DNA of 63,966 nt, the filler included, from Malassezia furfur (Eukaryota), in NCBI GenBank assembly GCA_052055015.1. It is 3 parts of 3 records of this genome, joined end to end, with 100 filler letters (N's around TTAATTAATTAA, not from the genome) between each part and the next. Parts side by side here need not be neighbours in the genome. Positions count along the whole stretch, not along the records: positions 1 to 24,890 come from JBQJIT010000138.1; positions 24,991 to 49,815 come from JBQJIT010000139.1; 1 more part is not named here. One strand, 5' to 3'. A model generated the notes under the pieces. That model was not told the origin of the DNA. It did no database searches and saw nothing but the letters and a program-made list of their open reading frames with translations. Of the stretch, positions 20,801 through 31,107 are shown piece after piece. Both the position numbers and the translations under genes were made by a program. Within the stretch, counting starts at the first letter, position 1. The number at the start of each line of letters is the position of its first letter.

Positions 20801-22220
20801 GGTGCTGCACAAAGAACTGCGCAACTTCGTCTGCACTGCGGTGCGCCGCGAGCGCCGCGTCAAAGTCGGGGCCCCGGAGCGGCGCATACTGGACATAGGG
20901 CGCGATCGACGTCCACACCTCGCCGGGCGGCGGACCGAGGCGCGCGACAGACGACGTCGCGGCCGCCTCTTCGCCAGACGGCGCACCGAGCGCAAGGGTG
21001 TGCTGCAGGAAAGGCGCACCGCCCGCGTGCCACAGCAGCCAGACGCGCCACGCCTCGCCGTCGCGCGTGAGCGCCATGTCGCGCAGCTCGACGTCAGCGG
21101 CCTGCGTGCGTGCGTCGCACGACTTGCCCCACACGAGCGCCATTTCTCCGACACCGCCCGACCAACTCGCGCTCTCTTCGAGCTCGATGCCGTACGCAGC
21201 GACGAACGCGCCGTGCGGCAGCGGCGCCGGCACAAACACCAGCAGGTACAGCGCATAGGTGTCGTCGTCGCTCGGCGTAAAGAGCTGCACGAGCGGCGCA
21301 CTCGTGCGCTCAAACGCATCGCTGTCGCGCTCTTCCACCTCGGCGGCGGTGCCCGTGGCGCTGAACGAGAGCGGCAGGTCAATCGTGCGCACGCAGCTCT
21401 CTGAAATGAGGTTCCAAACACGCAGCTTGCGGTCGCGGCACACGCAGAATGCGAGCGCCGTGCCATCCTCACGGACGTGGCTCGCGAGCGCAAGCGTCTG
21501 GGTCGGCGCGGTGCGCTGTGCCGCGCGGCTCGGCGAGGCCATCACGCCGCGCTGGAAGAGGCGCGACACACCGGACAGGAACGAGGCAGGGCGCATCGAC
21601 GACTCGCGCCACGCACCCACAAAGCCCTCGCTCGTGATCGACTGCCGCAGCTGGAGCAGCGAGCCGTCAGCACACGCAACGAGCACGAGGCCGGCGTCGA
21701 CGGCATGCACCGACGTCGCCTCAAGCGCGTTGGACGACGCATTGAGGCCCTCGATGGCCCACTCGCTCGCCCACCCGGACGGCAGGCGCGTGCCACGCAG
21801 CAGCGTCGTGAGTGGGATGCGCAGGCGGCACAGCATGCCCGCGTGCGTCACGGCGAGCAGGTGCACTTCGCTGGTCTGCGCGTCTTGGAAGACGCCGACG
21901 TTGGCCAGCAGCGGCGCCGCAAACGTGAAGCTCGAGGGCGCCGGCTCCTGCTCGCTGCCCAGCACACGCACCTCGAGCTCTGTGCCAGACTGGAGCACGC
22001 GCGCGAGCACAAAGGCGTCGGTGCCGAGCACGTCGATGCGGCACGTCGCGGCGTGCAGCGCATGCACGCTCACCGCAGTATCTGGCATGCGCCGCGGCGC
22101 AGCACGCACGCCGTGGCTCGGCACCGCATGCACGCTCGGCTTGCCGGGATCCGCGGGCGCGGCATTGAATAGGTCGAGCGACGCCGACGCGATGCCCGAC
22201 GGCAGCATCGCTGGCGACAT
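17805..22220 (-). CDS. NUP120: Nucleoporin Nup120/Nup160
   Basis: About 1470-aa ORF with N-terminal beta-propeller (FCVCRDRKLRVWNL) and helical C-terminus (LSFKARN...NYFQILYAYHIARGDYKSAAASMYQQARRL, CLPYSLFDALL). Confidence 0.85.
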   Translation of the reverse strand: MSPAMLPSGIASASLDLFNAAPADPGKPSVHAVPSHGVRAAPRRMPDTAVSVHALHAATCRIDVLGTDAFVLARVLQSGTELEVRVLGSEQEPAPSSFTFAAPLLANVGVFQDAQTSEVHLLAVTHAGMLCRLRIPLTTLLRGTRLPSGWASEWAIEGLNASSNALEATSVHAVDAGLVLVACADGSLLQLRQSITSEGFVGAWRESSMRPASFLSGVSRLFQRGVMASPSRAAQRTAPTQTLALASHVREDGTALAFCVCRDRKLRVWNLISESCVRTIDLPLSFSATGTAAEVEERDSDAFERTSAPLVQLFTPSDDDTYALYLLVFVPAPLPHGAFVAAYGIELEESASWSGGVGEMALVWGKSCDARTQAADVELRDMALTRDGEAWRVWLLWHAGGAPFLQHTLALGAPSGEEAAATSSVARLGPPPGEVWTSIAPYVQYAPLRGPDFDAALAAHRSADEVAQFFVQHLSVPGRFSTMTLAAALRAYAALPDAAFRELARPTNRVRLLEALVTGVPGALAPQDDAAAWGEAVRGAWLRLARLAEQIDRSARWPLGLYVHDATRAPLLVMRHTLGAVLAKDPATWLTDLAQKLAAATQYPERAVSRTQGEAASAEFALVVHDLTHNGTEGAYTPVREHKLALLQTATCAWELLRTSAHTWRTEIAGVVRDEADALYDAVDTHVPAPALERLHARVATVGPDTFVHELFALTELLTAPLSHRDAPRVGTLGTTLGAEGAAEVITARVHALRAVIVLHAALLRHAQHHPPLERSLHAAVRAWMHAEALHSLVTIGGVPETTAAVETEAVASLHNLRLDSSADDVRPAMHLLHALAQRGALTCGVRDDVLELALGTLPASGTCAPPAVLRIARHLLDAGFPSAVRAVLAVYTSDAAASYLVALAETQGAQCEVALGRLARIAAVLSSTRADERKRLLAVLPARVAEARPSAQRIVFFTSAAPYWEAAGDLAGALHCYQRALDALHDAPDALDDADAQQLYSHVFRGQLGLARYDAAAATLLAIPAEELREVCLQTLVTALCEAGALAELLRLHLGELQPRVERVLSFKARNAAPLSTPNYFQILYAYHIARGDYKSAAASMYQQARRLRDAALVASATDVHQARALLVREAQCDLAAINALVLLPAPHAWFAHAMHDADEGAGDESLSAHAAAGRALPGGITSYLPRERLGAHAHPLKIVQLADVRREYHHLLARLELMRLYPELANPSASLRADDAVNLFLAADDVDAAFATALQLHVDLRNAFDALAHKCVALQRADEARRKRLDLDADTPDAALAQLTADDEEGADVHAAFLRNSSRAVGWSGPAHERAWRYVRLQLDLADAAASGAQAAQYRTALADRLVALDAWDVAPAWLRDWFTQHGPDLLLRVFLRHGARALALTYATHVVDRTITAARTSSAQPVSCLPYSLFDALLTTDPDASGAQPLRDALARRLHALGARAGEVGAPS

Positions 22221-22342
22221 GAAGCAACCCGGCCCTTCCTTCCGCACCGATTAAATCCACAACACACAACGCGTGGAGGCGCGTGCCTCTCTTCTCGCCC
22301 CTGGTTATCTAACCCCGCACAAGACGCCAAAGCTTGGCACGC

Positions 22343-23926
22343 ATGGCGCGCCGTCTCACGATCCTTGCACGCGGGATCCCGCTGCTCGGCGCGCTGGTCC
22401 TGCTCAATGCGGTTTTATGGGTGATTACGGCCGTCACCTTCTCTGTGTTTCAACACCGTATCAAGGACGTGCCTGACGAGACGACGCGCCAAGCCGAGAA
22501 GCTCTTGTCGGACAATGCTGACGACGTCGAGAAACGCTCCGGCACGCTTCTGAGCTTTGCACTCGTTGCCTGGGCTACGGGATTGCGCCATGCGCTCGAT
22601 GCGGACCACATCTCGGCAATCGACAACGCGACGCGCCGCATTATGGCCGTGCCGCGCAAGCATGGGCCAGGCTTCCAACGGCCCGTCACTGTGGGCCTCT
22701 GGTTTAGCCTAGGACACTCGACGATTGTCGTCGCAGTGCTGATTGCCATTGCCGTATCCTTTACCGTATATGCACGCATGAACACGGTGTCGGACGTCGG
22801 CGGCATCATCGGCGCGAGCGTTTCGGGCTCGTTCCTGTTCATTATCGGCGTGATCAACACCATCATTTTGGTTCGCAGCATCCACAGCCTGCGTATGGAG
22901 CGCAAACAAGCGCGGAGCGCGGAGCGAAAGGCGGCGACGGTCGACATCGAGACGGCGCACAAGGACCTCGACGCAGCGCCAGCCGAGGACGCAGTGCACG
23001 CCGACGACACGCACAAAGACGCTGCAGCGAGTGCCGCACACGAGACGGCTGCGGACGATACCCTAGCACAGTCGACACAAGTGGACATTCATACCGATCC
23101 GCACCTGCACCGACGCACCGACTCAACCGTGGGGGAGGCATCCAAGCCAGAGGAGGCTAACGTGGCACCGGCCCCGGCGCAGGCTGAGGCGCCTGCGCGC
23201 CGCACCGAGTTCCGTGGTCTGTTTACACGGCTCACCGGTCCGCTACTGCGCGCCATTGACCGCCCGTGGAAAATGTACCCGATTGGTATCCTGTTCGGCC
23301 TCGGGTTCGATACGGCGAGCACCATTTCCCTGCTGGCCATCGCCGTGATTGCAAGCTCGAGCTTGAGCGGCAGTTCGGAGGCGAATGGAAGCGTCGTCCT
23401 GCTGGCGTTTTTGTTTACCGCGGGAATGATGCTGGCCGACAGCTGTGATGCGGTGCTGATGGTCTGTGCGTATGCATGGGAGGAACTGCAGGCACAGCCC
23501 AAGTGGTACTCGATCTGGGTCGAGGTACCCGATGAGCACCCCGAACGCGACCATGACCTGGCGCTAAACGACGACGATGCGCCCGATGTGCCCGACATGG
23601 CGCACGAGATTGCCGTATCCACGACGCCATTCACACTCTTTCTCACGCTCCTGTCGATCATTATTGCGTTTGCGGTGTCCATCATCGAGATTCTCGGTTT
23701 GATCGGCAGCGAGTGCAGCCAGTGCTCGGCGGCGGCCGATCGCCAGGCCGAGACGCACGATGGCGGCCTCGCGGGACGCTGGTGGCTCTGGTGGCGCTGG
23801 TGCAACGACAACTTTGGGTGGATCGGCATCGGGATCACCGGCGCCTTTTTCCTCACCGTGGGCATTGCGCTGGGCGTCACCATTTATCTTTCCAAGCGCC
23901 GGCCAGCGCGGCGCGCACGTCTATAG
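22343..23926 (+). CDS. NIC1: High-affinity nickel permease, NiCoT (Nic1/HoxN) family
   Basis: NiCoT signature GLRHALDADHISAIDN, plus GLWFSLGHST and MYPIGILFGLGFDTAS; multiple TM helices; acidic His-containing loop. Confidence 0.93.
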   Translation: MARRLTILARGIPLLGALVLLNAVLWVITAVTFSVFQHRIKDVPDETTRQAEKLLSDNADDVEKRSGTLLSFALVAWATGLRHALDADHISAIDNATRRIMAVPRKHGPGFQRPVTVGLWFSLGHSTIVVAVLIAIAVSFTVYARMNTVSDVGGIIGASVSGSFLFIIGVINTIILVRSIHSLRMERKQARSAERKAATVDIETAHKDLDAAPAEDAVHADDTHKDAAASAAHETAADDTLAQSTQVDIHTDPHLHRRTDSTVGEASKPEEANVAPAPAQAEAPARRTEFRGLFTRLTGPLLRAIDRPWKMYPIGILFGLGFDTASTISLLAIAVIASSSLSGSSEANGSVVLLAFLFTAGMMLADSCDAVLMVCAYAWEELQAQPKWYSIWVEVPDEHPERDHDLALNDDDAPDVPDMAHEIAVSTTPFTLFLTLLSIIIAFAVSIIEILGLIGSECSQCSAAADRQAETHDGGLAGRWWLWWRWCNDNFGWIGIGITGAFFLTVGIALGVTIYLSKRRPARRARL

Positions 23927-23961
23927 TACAGCTATGTATTGTCTTATAGCAACCTGCGCCG

Positions 23962-24890
23962 CTACGCCGGCATCTCGCGGCTCTCGCGCGACCGATGCCC
24001 GCGCGGCGAGGGCGTCGTGAAGGAGGAAGAGGTCCGGCGCGGCGTGTCGAGGAGACTCGCCTGCCAGTCCTCGCGCGGCAACTGTGCGGACAGGTCGCCC
24101 AGGTCCGTGTGCAGCAGCGAGTCCATCGTGCTGTCGCCGTCGTCGGTCTCGGGCCGCGTGAGGAACTGGCGCTGGAACAGGCCACGCCGCTTGACACCCG
24201 CCTCGCCACGCGGCGCCGACGGCGACGTCGACGGGCCTCGCGCCGGCGACGAGCCTCGCGCCGGCGACGTCGTCCGCATCGCAAGGGTCGGCGACAGTAT
24301 CGGCTCAGCAGTCGTCGCCGGCGATGTATTTACCGGCTGCACTGCATCGTCCGAGGTGTCGCTCAGCGTAAGGCGTGCGGGGCGCGTATCGCCCTCGGCG
24401 CGCGCGCGTGGTGCTGTGGTCGACGCAGCGGTTGGTGCGGCAGGCGGCGCACGTACATCGCTCGGCGCCGCCTCCGCGCTGCGCTTCTCGGGCCGCCGCT
24501 CGGCCGGCCGCCGCTCGGGCGCGCGGCTATCGAGCGCGCTGGGCTCTGACACCTTGTCGGGCAGCGCAGGCTTGCGTACAGACTCGGTGGGCGCTGCTGC
24601 CATTTTGCGCGGCCCGTCCGGGAGCGTGCGCCGCACGTCTGCTGCTGCCTTCCTTGGCTCGAGCGCACGCACCGGCGCATCGGTAGGTGCTACGCTGCGC
24701 CGTGGCGCTGGCACCACACTCGGCCGCGGCGCGAGGCTCTTGCGCACGCCAGGCGCAAGGCTCACGCGCGCCACCGCAACATTGGTAGTGCACCGCCTGC
24801 GGCACCCGCGGCGGCGCGCAGCGTCTGCGTCGTGTGCGCCGTCCCCAGCGCCAGATCGATCAGGCGGCGCCCGATCGTGTCCTGCAGGAG
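23962..24890 (-). CDS. 3' part of a Ser/Pro/Arg-rich hypothetical protein truncated by the contig edge
   Basis: ORF 23962..24774 has coding-like codon use and its frame is open to the gap. The most protein-like frame upstream of about 24780 is a different one (possible indel). Confidence 0.55.
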
Positions 24891-24990
24891 NNNNNNNNNN
24901 NNNNNNNNNNNNNNNNNNNNNNNNNNNNNNNNNNTTAATTAATTAANNNNNNNNNNNNNNNNNNNNNNNNNNNNNNNNNNNNNNNNNNNN
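24891..24990. other. Artificial contig spacer N44-TTAATTAATTAA-N44
   Basis: TTAATTAATTAA at 24935-24946 (stops in all six frames) flanked by Ns; standard contig-concatenation linker. Confidence 0.97.
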
Positions 24991-25070
24991 GGGGGAAAAG
25001 GTCACGTGCACGGGACCTCCGGCGGCGGCCGCGACTTTGTTCTTGCCTGTTTGGCGATAGGTGGTGCAGG

Positions 25071-25648
25071 ATGCGTACGTGCGGCGACTGACGCAGCGGT
25101 CAAGGAATTTGAGACGCCGTACCCTCTGATTGATACCGACCCGCACTTTAAGCGTGTGGTGAACAACTTCCGCCCCTCGGACTACACCGTGTGGGCCGGC
25201 ACGACCGCCGCGTTCCCTGGCGCGCTCTTCCTGATGGGTAGGTCGACCCGCTGACGCAGAACAAGCGTCGCCGACGCGGGCACGCCGCGGTCTCGGCACG
25301 TCGATGCGCTTTGCGACGGTGCTTGGCGCGATTGGCGGTTTCCTGTACGCATACCAGCGCTCGTCGTGTACGTACGGAGGGTTGTGCGCCCAACTAACGC
25401 AGTCCGCCTGTGGGGCTGGAGCGAGAACGAGCCGGAGCAGGAGCGCGCCAAGGCCGACGCGGCCGCGGGCAAGGTGCCTGGCATGGGCGACAGCCGTCTC
25501 TCGCCCGAGATGCAGGGCGTCGCGTTCCGGAACAGCGTCTTTTCGCAGCTGAGTCTGGGTACGTTGGCATTGTGGCTCACACGCAGCGGTCCTGCCGTGG
25601 TTCAACTTTGTGAACCACAAGTACCACGAGCCGACCAAGTCGGAGTAG
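25071..25648 (+). CDS. Complex I accessory 21 (20.9) kDa subunit, NUXM-type; introns 25075-25096, 25238-25259, 25368-25402, 25559-25586
   Basis: Spliced protein MPVKEFETPYPLIDTDPHFKRVV...GGFLYAYQRSSFRLWGWSEN...RNSVFSQLSLAVLPWFNFVNHKYH. Confidence 0.9.
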
Positions 25649-25709
25649 TCGTTTCGTAGGCATACGGCGCTGAACTACCAACGGCTGCCGCGCGCGCGCA
25701 TGTGTGTGT

Positions 25710-26399
25710 CTATGGGTTGGGCAGCGCAGCGATCGCCTTGGCGAATTCCTGTGTGAGTCTGGGGGCGCGGTGTGGGTGCCAACTTACCTCGTTGTCCGGC
25801 TCAAACTGCTGGCCGAGCAGGAAAGCCGCGCGCGCCTCCTCGTTGCGCTGCAGCCCCGCAAGCGCCTTGCCCTTGCGGAAGTGCCCCTTGCCCCAGGCGC
25901 GCTTGATCTTGATCACGGCGTCTGCGTCGCAGAGCGCCTCGATGTAGGCGCCTGCGCTCGCGTACGCGGCACTGCGGTTGGCGAGCAGCATGGACAGCTC
26001 GTCACACACGAGCTCGCTCGCCTCCCACATGGGCCGGCTCGAGGCCATGGCGACGGCCATCGTATAGTGCTTGATGGCGCCCTGCCAGTCCTGCTGCCGG
26101 AAGCGCCCGTTGCCCATCTCCTTGGCCTGCATGATGTTCTCAGTGAGCTTTGTCTGGACGATGTGGGGCGGCGGCGGGTAGGGCGCCTGCGGCGGCAGCA
26201 TCGAGGTCCAGCGCGCAAGCATGTTGAGGACGTAGGTGTCGTGGCCCTGCGCCGCGACCGTCTTCTTTTCCAAGTCGAGCACGAACGGGAAGTACTGCCC
26301 CTGGTCGACGGCCACGAGCTGCGGGTTGCCCGACGCGTCCGTCGCCGCGATGTCGGGCACGCTGCCCGCCGGCTGTGCTGGTGCGCCGGCGTCGCTCAT
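25710..26399 (-). CDS. SEC72: Sec72-like TPR translocation protein; probable in-frame intron 25749-25787 (39 nt)
   Basis: TPR motifs KEMGNGRF...AIKHYTMA...RPMWEA...LLANRSAAY...ALCDADAVIKIKRAWGKGHFRKGKAL. Confidence 0.8.
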   Translation of the reverse strand: MSDAGAPAQPAGSVPDIAATDASGNPQLVAVDQGQYFPFVLDLEKKTVAAQGHDTYVLNMLARWTSMLPPQAPYPPPPHIVQTKLTENIMQAKEMGNGRFRQQDWQGAIKHYTMAVAMASSRPMWEASELVCDELSMLLANRSAAYASAGAYIEALCDADAVIKIKRAWGKGHFRKGKALAGLQRNEEARAAFLLGQQFEPDNEVSWHPHRAPRLTQEFAKAIAALPNP

Positions 26400-26452
26400 C
26401 GATTCGAGACGCGGAGCGTGCAATCACGTGCGCCGGGCTGCTTCTCACGACG

Positions 26453-27415
26453 ATGCTGCGAGTAGCTCCGCTGGTGCGTGCGGGCGTGCGTGCGGGCGTG
26501 CCGCTGCGTGCGGCGCGTGTGTGCGCTGCACCCGTGCGCCTGCTCGCCACGACGCCTGTGCGCCTGCGCGAGGCGCCGCCGACCACGGACCCGCTTGGCG
26601 CGACGTCCGAGGCGCCGGCTGGCAAACCTTCGCAGGGCGTGTCGCGCTTCTGGAAGCAAGTGCGCGTGGGCCACGCGCCCATGTCCGCGGACGCGGACGA
26701 ACACTTTACCGTGCTGCTTGACAAGCGGCCGCTGCGCACGCCCGGCGGCAACAAGCTGGCGGTGCCTGCGGACCACCCGATGCTGGCGTGTCTGATTGCC
26801 GAAGAGTGGGACACGCAGACGCAGGTGCTCAAGCCGCACTCGCTGCCGCTCACCTCGCTGATGGCGCGCGCGATTGACGGGCTGAGCACCGACAAGGGCC
26901 GCAAGGAGGTCGAGCACTACCTGATGCGCTACTTTGACACGGATGCCATCACCTTCCACGAGGCGCAGCCCGAGACGCTCGTGCGGCTGCAGCGCGAGCG
27001 CTGGGACCCGATCATTGCGTGGGCCAAGGAGTTTTTCCAGATGGACGTTGCGGTGGCGCACGGTGCGCTGAGCAACGCGCAGCCCGAAGCGTCGCGCGCG
27101 CGCGTCGCCGATGTGTTGTCGGCGCTGCCGCCGCTGGAGCTGGCGTGCATGGAGCGCGCGGCGATGACCACCAAGTCAATGCTGACGTCGCTTGCGATGC
27201 TGTACAAGCGTGTGGATGCGGAGCAGGCGGCGCTCGCTGCCGAGGTCGAGACCGCGAGCCAGGCATCCGTGTGGGGCGCCGTGGACGACTCGCACGATGT
27301 CGACCACGCCGAGCTGCGGGGGCAGCTCGCGGGGGTGTCGTGTGCGCTGCTTACCACTGAGCCGGAGCTCGTGGCGCGCTTTGTCGACGTGCTTCACAAA
27401 AAATATAGCGCATAG
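26453..27415 (+). CDS. ATP12: Mitochondrial F1-ATPase assembly chaperone Atp12
   Basis: Mitochondrial-type presequence; RFWKQV...VLLDKRPLRTPGG...LIAEEWDTQ...HSLPLTSL; QASVWGAVDDSHDVD. Confidence 0.93.
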   Translation: MLRVAPLVRAGVRAGVPLRAARVCAAPVRLLATTPVRLREAPPTTDPLGATSEAPAGKPSQGVSRFWKQVRVGHAPMSADADEHFTVLLDKRPLRTPGGNKLAVPADHPMLACLIAEEWDTQTQVLKPHSLPLTSLMARAIDGLSTDKGRKEVEHYLMRYFDTDAITFHEAQPETLVRLQRERWDPIIAWAKEFFQMDVAVAHGALSNAQPEASRARVADVLSALPPLELACMERAAMTTKSMLTSLAMLYKRVDAEQAALAAEVETASQASVWGAVDDSHDVDHAELRGQLAGVSCALLTTEPELVARFVDVLHKKYSA

Positions 27416-27430
27416 GGACGGCCAGGCTAC

Positions 27431-29200
27431 CTACTCCTCCTCGTCCTGGGCGGAGCGCACCGCGGCTTGCTCGACGGTGATGACGAGCACCGCGCGGCGC
27501 ACCCAGCACCGGCGGCGCGTGTACTTGCCGATGCCGTTGACACGGCTCAGCTTCTCCCACGAATTGCCGCCGTACTGCCACCCCTCGGGGTCGACGTCGG
27601 TCGCCGTCGAGGCGAGTGACGCGGGCCGCGCGACGGTCGCCAGCTCCTCGGGAAGCTCCTGCTCCGCAGAGGCGAGCGCTGTGGCCTCCTGCTTGTTGGG
27701 CGCGGGCCCCTTGGACGCCGCGTCTGTCGCGGCCTTCAGCCGGTCGGTCGCGTCGAGCACGGCGCCGGCGTCGTCGACGTGCTTTTCCTCGGCGAAGCGC
27801 GAGCTGAGACGCTGCGCCTCGGACGCGGGCATCGTCGACGCCGGCGTGTACACGGTCGAGGTGATCGACTGTGCGCCGGCGACGCGCCACTCGGGGTCGA
27901 CCCAGTGCCACTCGGCGGTGCGCACGTCGTCGCGCCCCGGCTTCGCGGAGGAGGGGACACGCGCGCGGATCGTCGTGGGCAGCGTGAACGACGACGGGGG
28001 CGCCACGGCGTTGTTGTCCCCGTCGGACCAGCTCGGCCGCTCGTTGGGGAGCAGGGCGGCGGTCCAGTCCAGCCCGATCCACCACCGCTGGTTCTCGTAG
28101 ATTTCAAACTGGAACACGGTCTCGTGCGTCGCGTCGCGGCGCGTGTCCTGCACCAGGGCCGTCGAGGCGCCGTGCAGCTGCTTGGGGGCCACCGAGCGCC
28201 AGAAAGCGCGCACATTTTCGCTGCCGCTCAGCACACGCACGGCGCCCATGACGATGCGGCGCACAAGCGCGCTGCGCCACAGCGCGGCGCGCAGCAGCGT
28301 CGCCCACGGCGAGCACCACGTGAGCGCAAGGCACCCGACCACCAGCAGCACATGGCGCACGCTCAGCGCGGCGATCGGGAAGGGCGGGAATACTTGCAGC
28401 GCGAGCGGCCACTTGCGCACGCGGAGTGCACGCACGAGCGCACACGCATGCGGCACGACGTGCTGCGTGAGCGCGGCACTGGCCCGCTGGCCCATGTCGT
28501 AGATGCGCGGCGCATGCGTCGCCACGAAGGCTGCGGCGTGCGGTGCGGCGCGCGTCGTGACGTAAGTGCGCGCCGCGGCGACGGGCGCACTGCGGGCAAG
28601 ATGTCCGAGCGTGGTGTGCACGTAGTAGTACGGCAGGAGCCACTGGCTCGGCGGGAGCATCACGAGCAGCCAGATCGGCCACGACGCCAGGAGAAAGACG
28701 ACGAGATGGCTCGTGCCGGCGCCCTGCACCTGTGCCTGGACCAGCGCATGCAGCGGGTGGATAAGCGTCTCGCACACGGCCGCAACAAAGTCGGAGATGT
28801 CGCACAGCTGTGCGATGGCGCGCTTGATCTTGCGGCTCGTCGCGCCGTCGTCGGCCGCCGGCGCCTGGCCCGAGACGCGGCTAAAGGAGCCACGCAGCGA
28901 GAGGTAGCCGATGTACGCGAGGATCACCGCTTGGGGCGCGTACCGCAGCACCTCGTACCCGTACAGGCACGTCAGAATGTAGCCGAGGAGCAGCAGCCAC
29001 GACTGCACGCGCTGCCGGTAGCCCCCGCGCCAGGTCGCAATCACGAGGAAGGCGTGCACGGCGTCGATCGCGGGGCCCATCGCCACCAAGAGCTGCATCA
29101 TGCTTGGCGGAACACGCTCAATAATGTCCATCAGCGTCATGGTCTGCACCGACTTCTTCGCGCTGCGCTCGCTCAGCGCGTCGGGTCGCTTGCCGGCCAT
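27431..29200 (-). CDS. Pex23/Pex24/Pex30-family peroxin with dysferlin-like domain
   Basis: Hydrophobic N-terminal half; dysferlin motifs FEIYENQRWWIGLDWTAALLPNERPSWSD, WHWVDPEW, DPEGWQYG, YTRRRCWVRRA. Confidence 0.85.
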   Translation of the reverse strand: MAGKRPDALSERSAKKSVQTMTLMDIIERVPPSMMQLLVAMGPAIDAVHAFLVIATWRGGYRQRVQSWLLLLGYILTCLYGYEVLRYAPQAVILAYIGYLSLRGSFSRVSGQAPAADDGATSRKIKRAIAQLCDISDFVAAVCETLIHPLHALVQAQVQGAGTSHLVVFLLASWPIWLLVMLPPSQWLLPYYYVHTTLGHLARSAPVAAARTYVTTRAAPHAAAFVATHAPRIYDMGQRASAALTQHVVPHACALVRALRVRKWPLALQVFPPFPIAALSVRHVLLVVGCLALTWCSPWATLLRAALWRSALVRRIVMGAVRVLSGSENVRAFWRSVAPKQLHGASTALVQDTRRDATHETVFQFEIYENQRWWIGLDWTAALLPNERPSWSDGDNNAVAPPSSFTLPTTIRARVPSSAKPGRDDVRTAEWHWVDPEWRVAGAQSITSTVYTPASTMPASEAQRLSSRFAEEKHVDDAGAVLDATDRLKAATDAASKGPAPNKQEATALASAEQELPEELATVARPASLASTATDVDPEGWQYGGNSWEKLSRVNGIGKYTRRRCWVRRAVLVITVEQAAVRSAQDEEE

Positions 29201-29266
29201 GGTGGGGAAGTTGCACCACCTCCACACCCGGCCACACGCACGACTGCCGGACCACGTGGCACTACG

Positions 29267-31107
29267 ATGGCCGAGGCGCCGTCGTCGCAGGCGGCGCGCA
29301 CGCGCGTCGCTGTGCTCGCGTCGTTGGTGGTGGTGATCGTCGCGGCCCTGCCGGTGTGGTGGCACACGACGACCATCACGCGCCTGTCTCTCCCCATCCA
29401 GCCCGTGCACGCATGGGAAAAGCGCGGCGTACGTTGTTCCGTCGACTAACGCAGGCTTGCCCGGTTCGCGCCGCTGTGCGCGTCGCCCTGGCGCCCCAGG
29501 GCATGTCGGTTGGCGCGGGCGTGTGCCGTGCGCTGGAGCAGCGCCTTGGTGCGCTCGATCCGGCGGGCGCCACATGTCTCGACTGGCACGTCGAGGCAGA
29601 CGCATGCACGGCCGGCGTCGCTTCCCCTGACGCTCCGCGCACGTCGCACGCTGCAGCGGCGTACACGGTGTCGCTGTACCCCCAGCACGCATGCAGAGAC
29701 ACGTTGCTTGCCGTGTGTGTGCCGGACGACGCGAGTGAGGATGACGTGGCTGAGGCCGTCGCGGCGCAGCTCGCGCCGCTCCAAATCGACGCGCGGGCCA
29801 CGCACGACCTTGCGCGCATCCAGTACGCCAAGGTGGTCCGCGTCGTCTTTTCGCTGCTCAACGAGGATGCGAGCCAAGGTGGCGCAGCGAGCGGCTGGGA
29901 CCTCCAACAGGGGCTCGCTGCGCTCGAGGTGTTCGACGGCGCACTGCCGCCCGGCCTTGCGCCGCTCGCGCCGCTCGCGCGCTTGCTGCGTGCGCTGCGC
30001 GACGTATACGACGTGCAGCTCGAGAGCCAGGTGCAGTGGTATGCGCCGCTCGAGTTTGCGCCGACCGCCGAGGTCGTTGCCGCCGAGGCGCCCGACGACA
30101 ACCTCGGCGCCGCGACCGCGTCGGAGGCCGAGGCCGTGCCCGAGGCCGAGGCTGTGCCCGAGGCGGTGGCTACGACGGCCGAGACCGCGTCCGACGCCGC
30201 CCTGCCGGTCGCCTCGGCAGCGCCGGTGCCGTCTCGGGTCGAGCACTTTGCGTCGCTCGACGACGTGCGTGTGTTTGTCAATTCGGCGCAGTGGAGTCTT
30301 GAGTCTTACGGGCTGGCCGATGCACCGAACAACGCGACGGTACACGCCCAATTCGCCGAGCAGACGCTGCACCTCGTGCTCTTCCTCCCGAGCGACGCGC
30401 ACCGTCCGCTGCGCATCCGCGACCCGGTGACGCACGCGACCATCGCGAACCCTGCATGGCTTGTGCCGCAGTGGGGCGGTGTAGTGATTTGGAACCGCGC
30501 GGCGTCGGACAGCGGCCTGGCACCGCCGCTGTCGCTCGATGAGCTGGCAGAGCCGCTGCGTCTGTTTACAGCGCAGCTCGCACAGCTGCTGGGCATCGCG
30601 GAGCCGCACCTCGTCGGCAGCGAGACGACACTCTACCTGGCTGTCCAAGGTCTCTTGTGGCGGCGCACGCTCGAGTCGGTGCGCAGCACCATCGAGACGC
30701 TGAGCAGTACGGTGCGCCTCGTCGACAAAATTCCGAACCTCGGCGTGGACACGACGGTGCGTGATGAGTTTGCGCGGGCGCTTGAGCTGCTCGACGAGGT
30801 ACGTGTGCATCTCACCCAGCTCGATCACGCCGTGCACAACACGACGCGCGGCACGTCCTTCCCCGAGGCACTTGACACGGCGTTTGCCGCACAGATGCAT
30901 GCATCGCGCGCGTTCTTTGACCCAAGCATGCTTGCGATGCTCTATTTCCCGGACGAGCACAAGTACGCGGTGTATACCCCCTTGTTTGGGCCGCTCTTTG
31001 TGCCGCTCGTGGTGGCGATCGTGCGCGAGGTCCGCCGCCGGCGCCGGCTGGCGCGCACGGCCCCCACGCTGACTAATTCACCACAACGCGTAGATGTCGC
31101 GGCGTAG
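29267..31107 (+). CDS. GPI17: GPI transamidase subunit PIG-S/Gpi17; introns 29429-29454 (26 nt) and probably 30799-30819 (21 nt, in frame)
   Basis: LPVWWHTTTITRLSLP N-terminus, WLVPQWGGVVIWN, and AFFDPSMLAMLYFPDEHKYAVYTPLFGP C-terminal signature. Confidence 0.92.

Noticed and set aside
22343..23926. NiCoT nickel transporter as a horizontal transfer candidate
   Set aside because: The family is widespread in urease-positive fungi and its composition matches neighbouring genes.
24935..24946. TTAATTAATTAA palindrome in N runs (also 49860-49871)
   Set aside because: Synthetic six-frame-stop contig linker, not biological.
30124..30165. 18-nt tandem duplication (EAEAVP x2) in PIG-S; similar one near 24235-24270
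   Set aside because: Ordinary in-frame low-complexity duplications; not CRISPR or mobile DNA.
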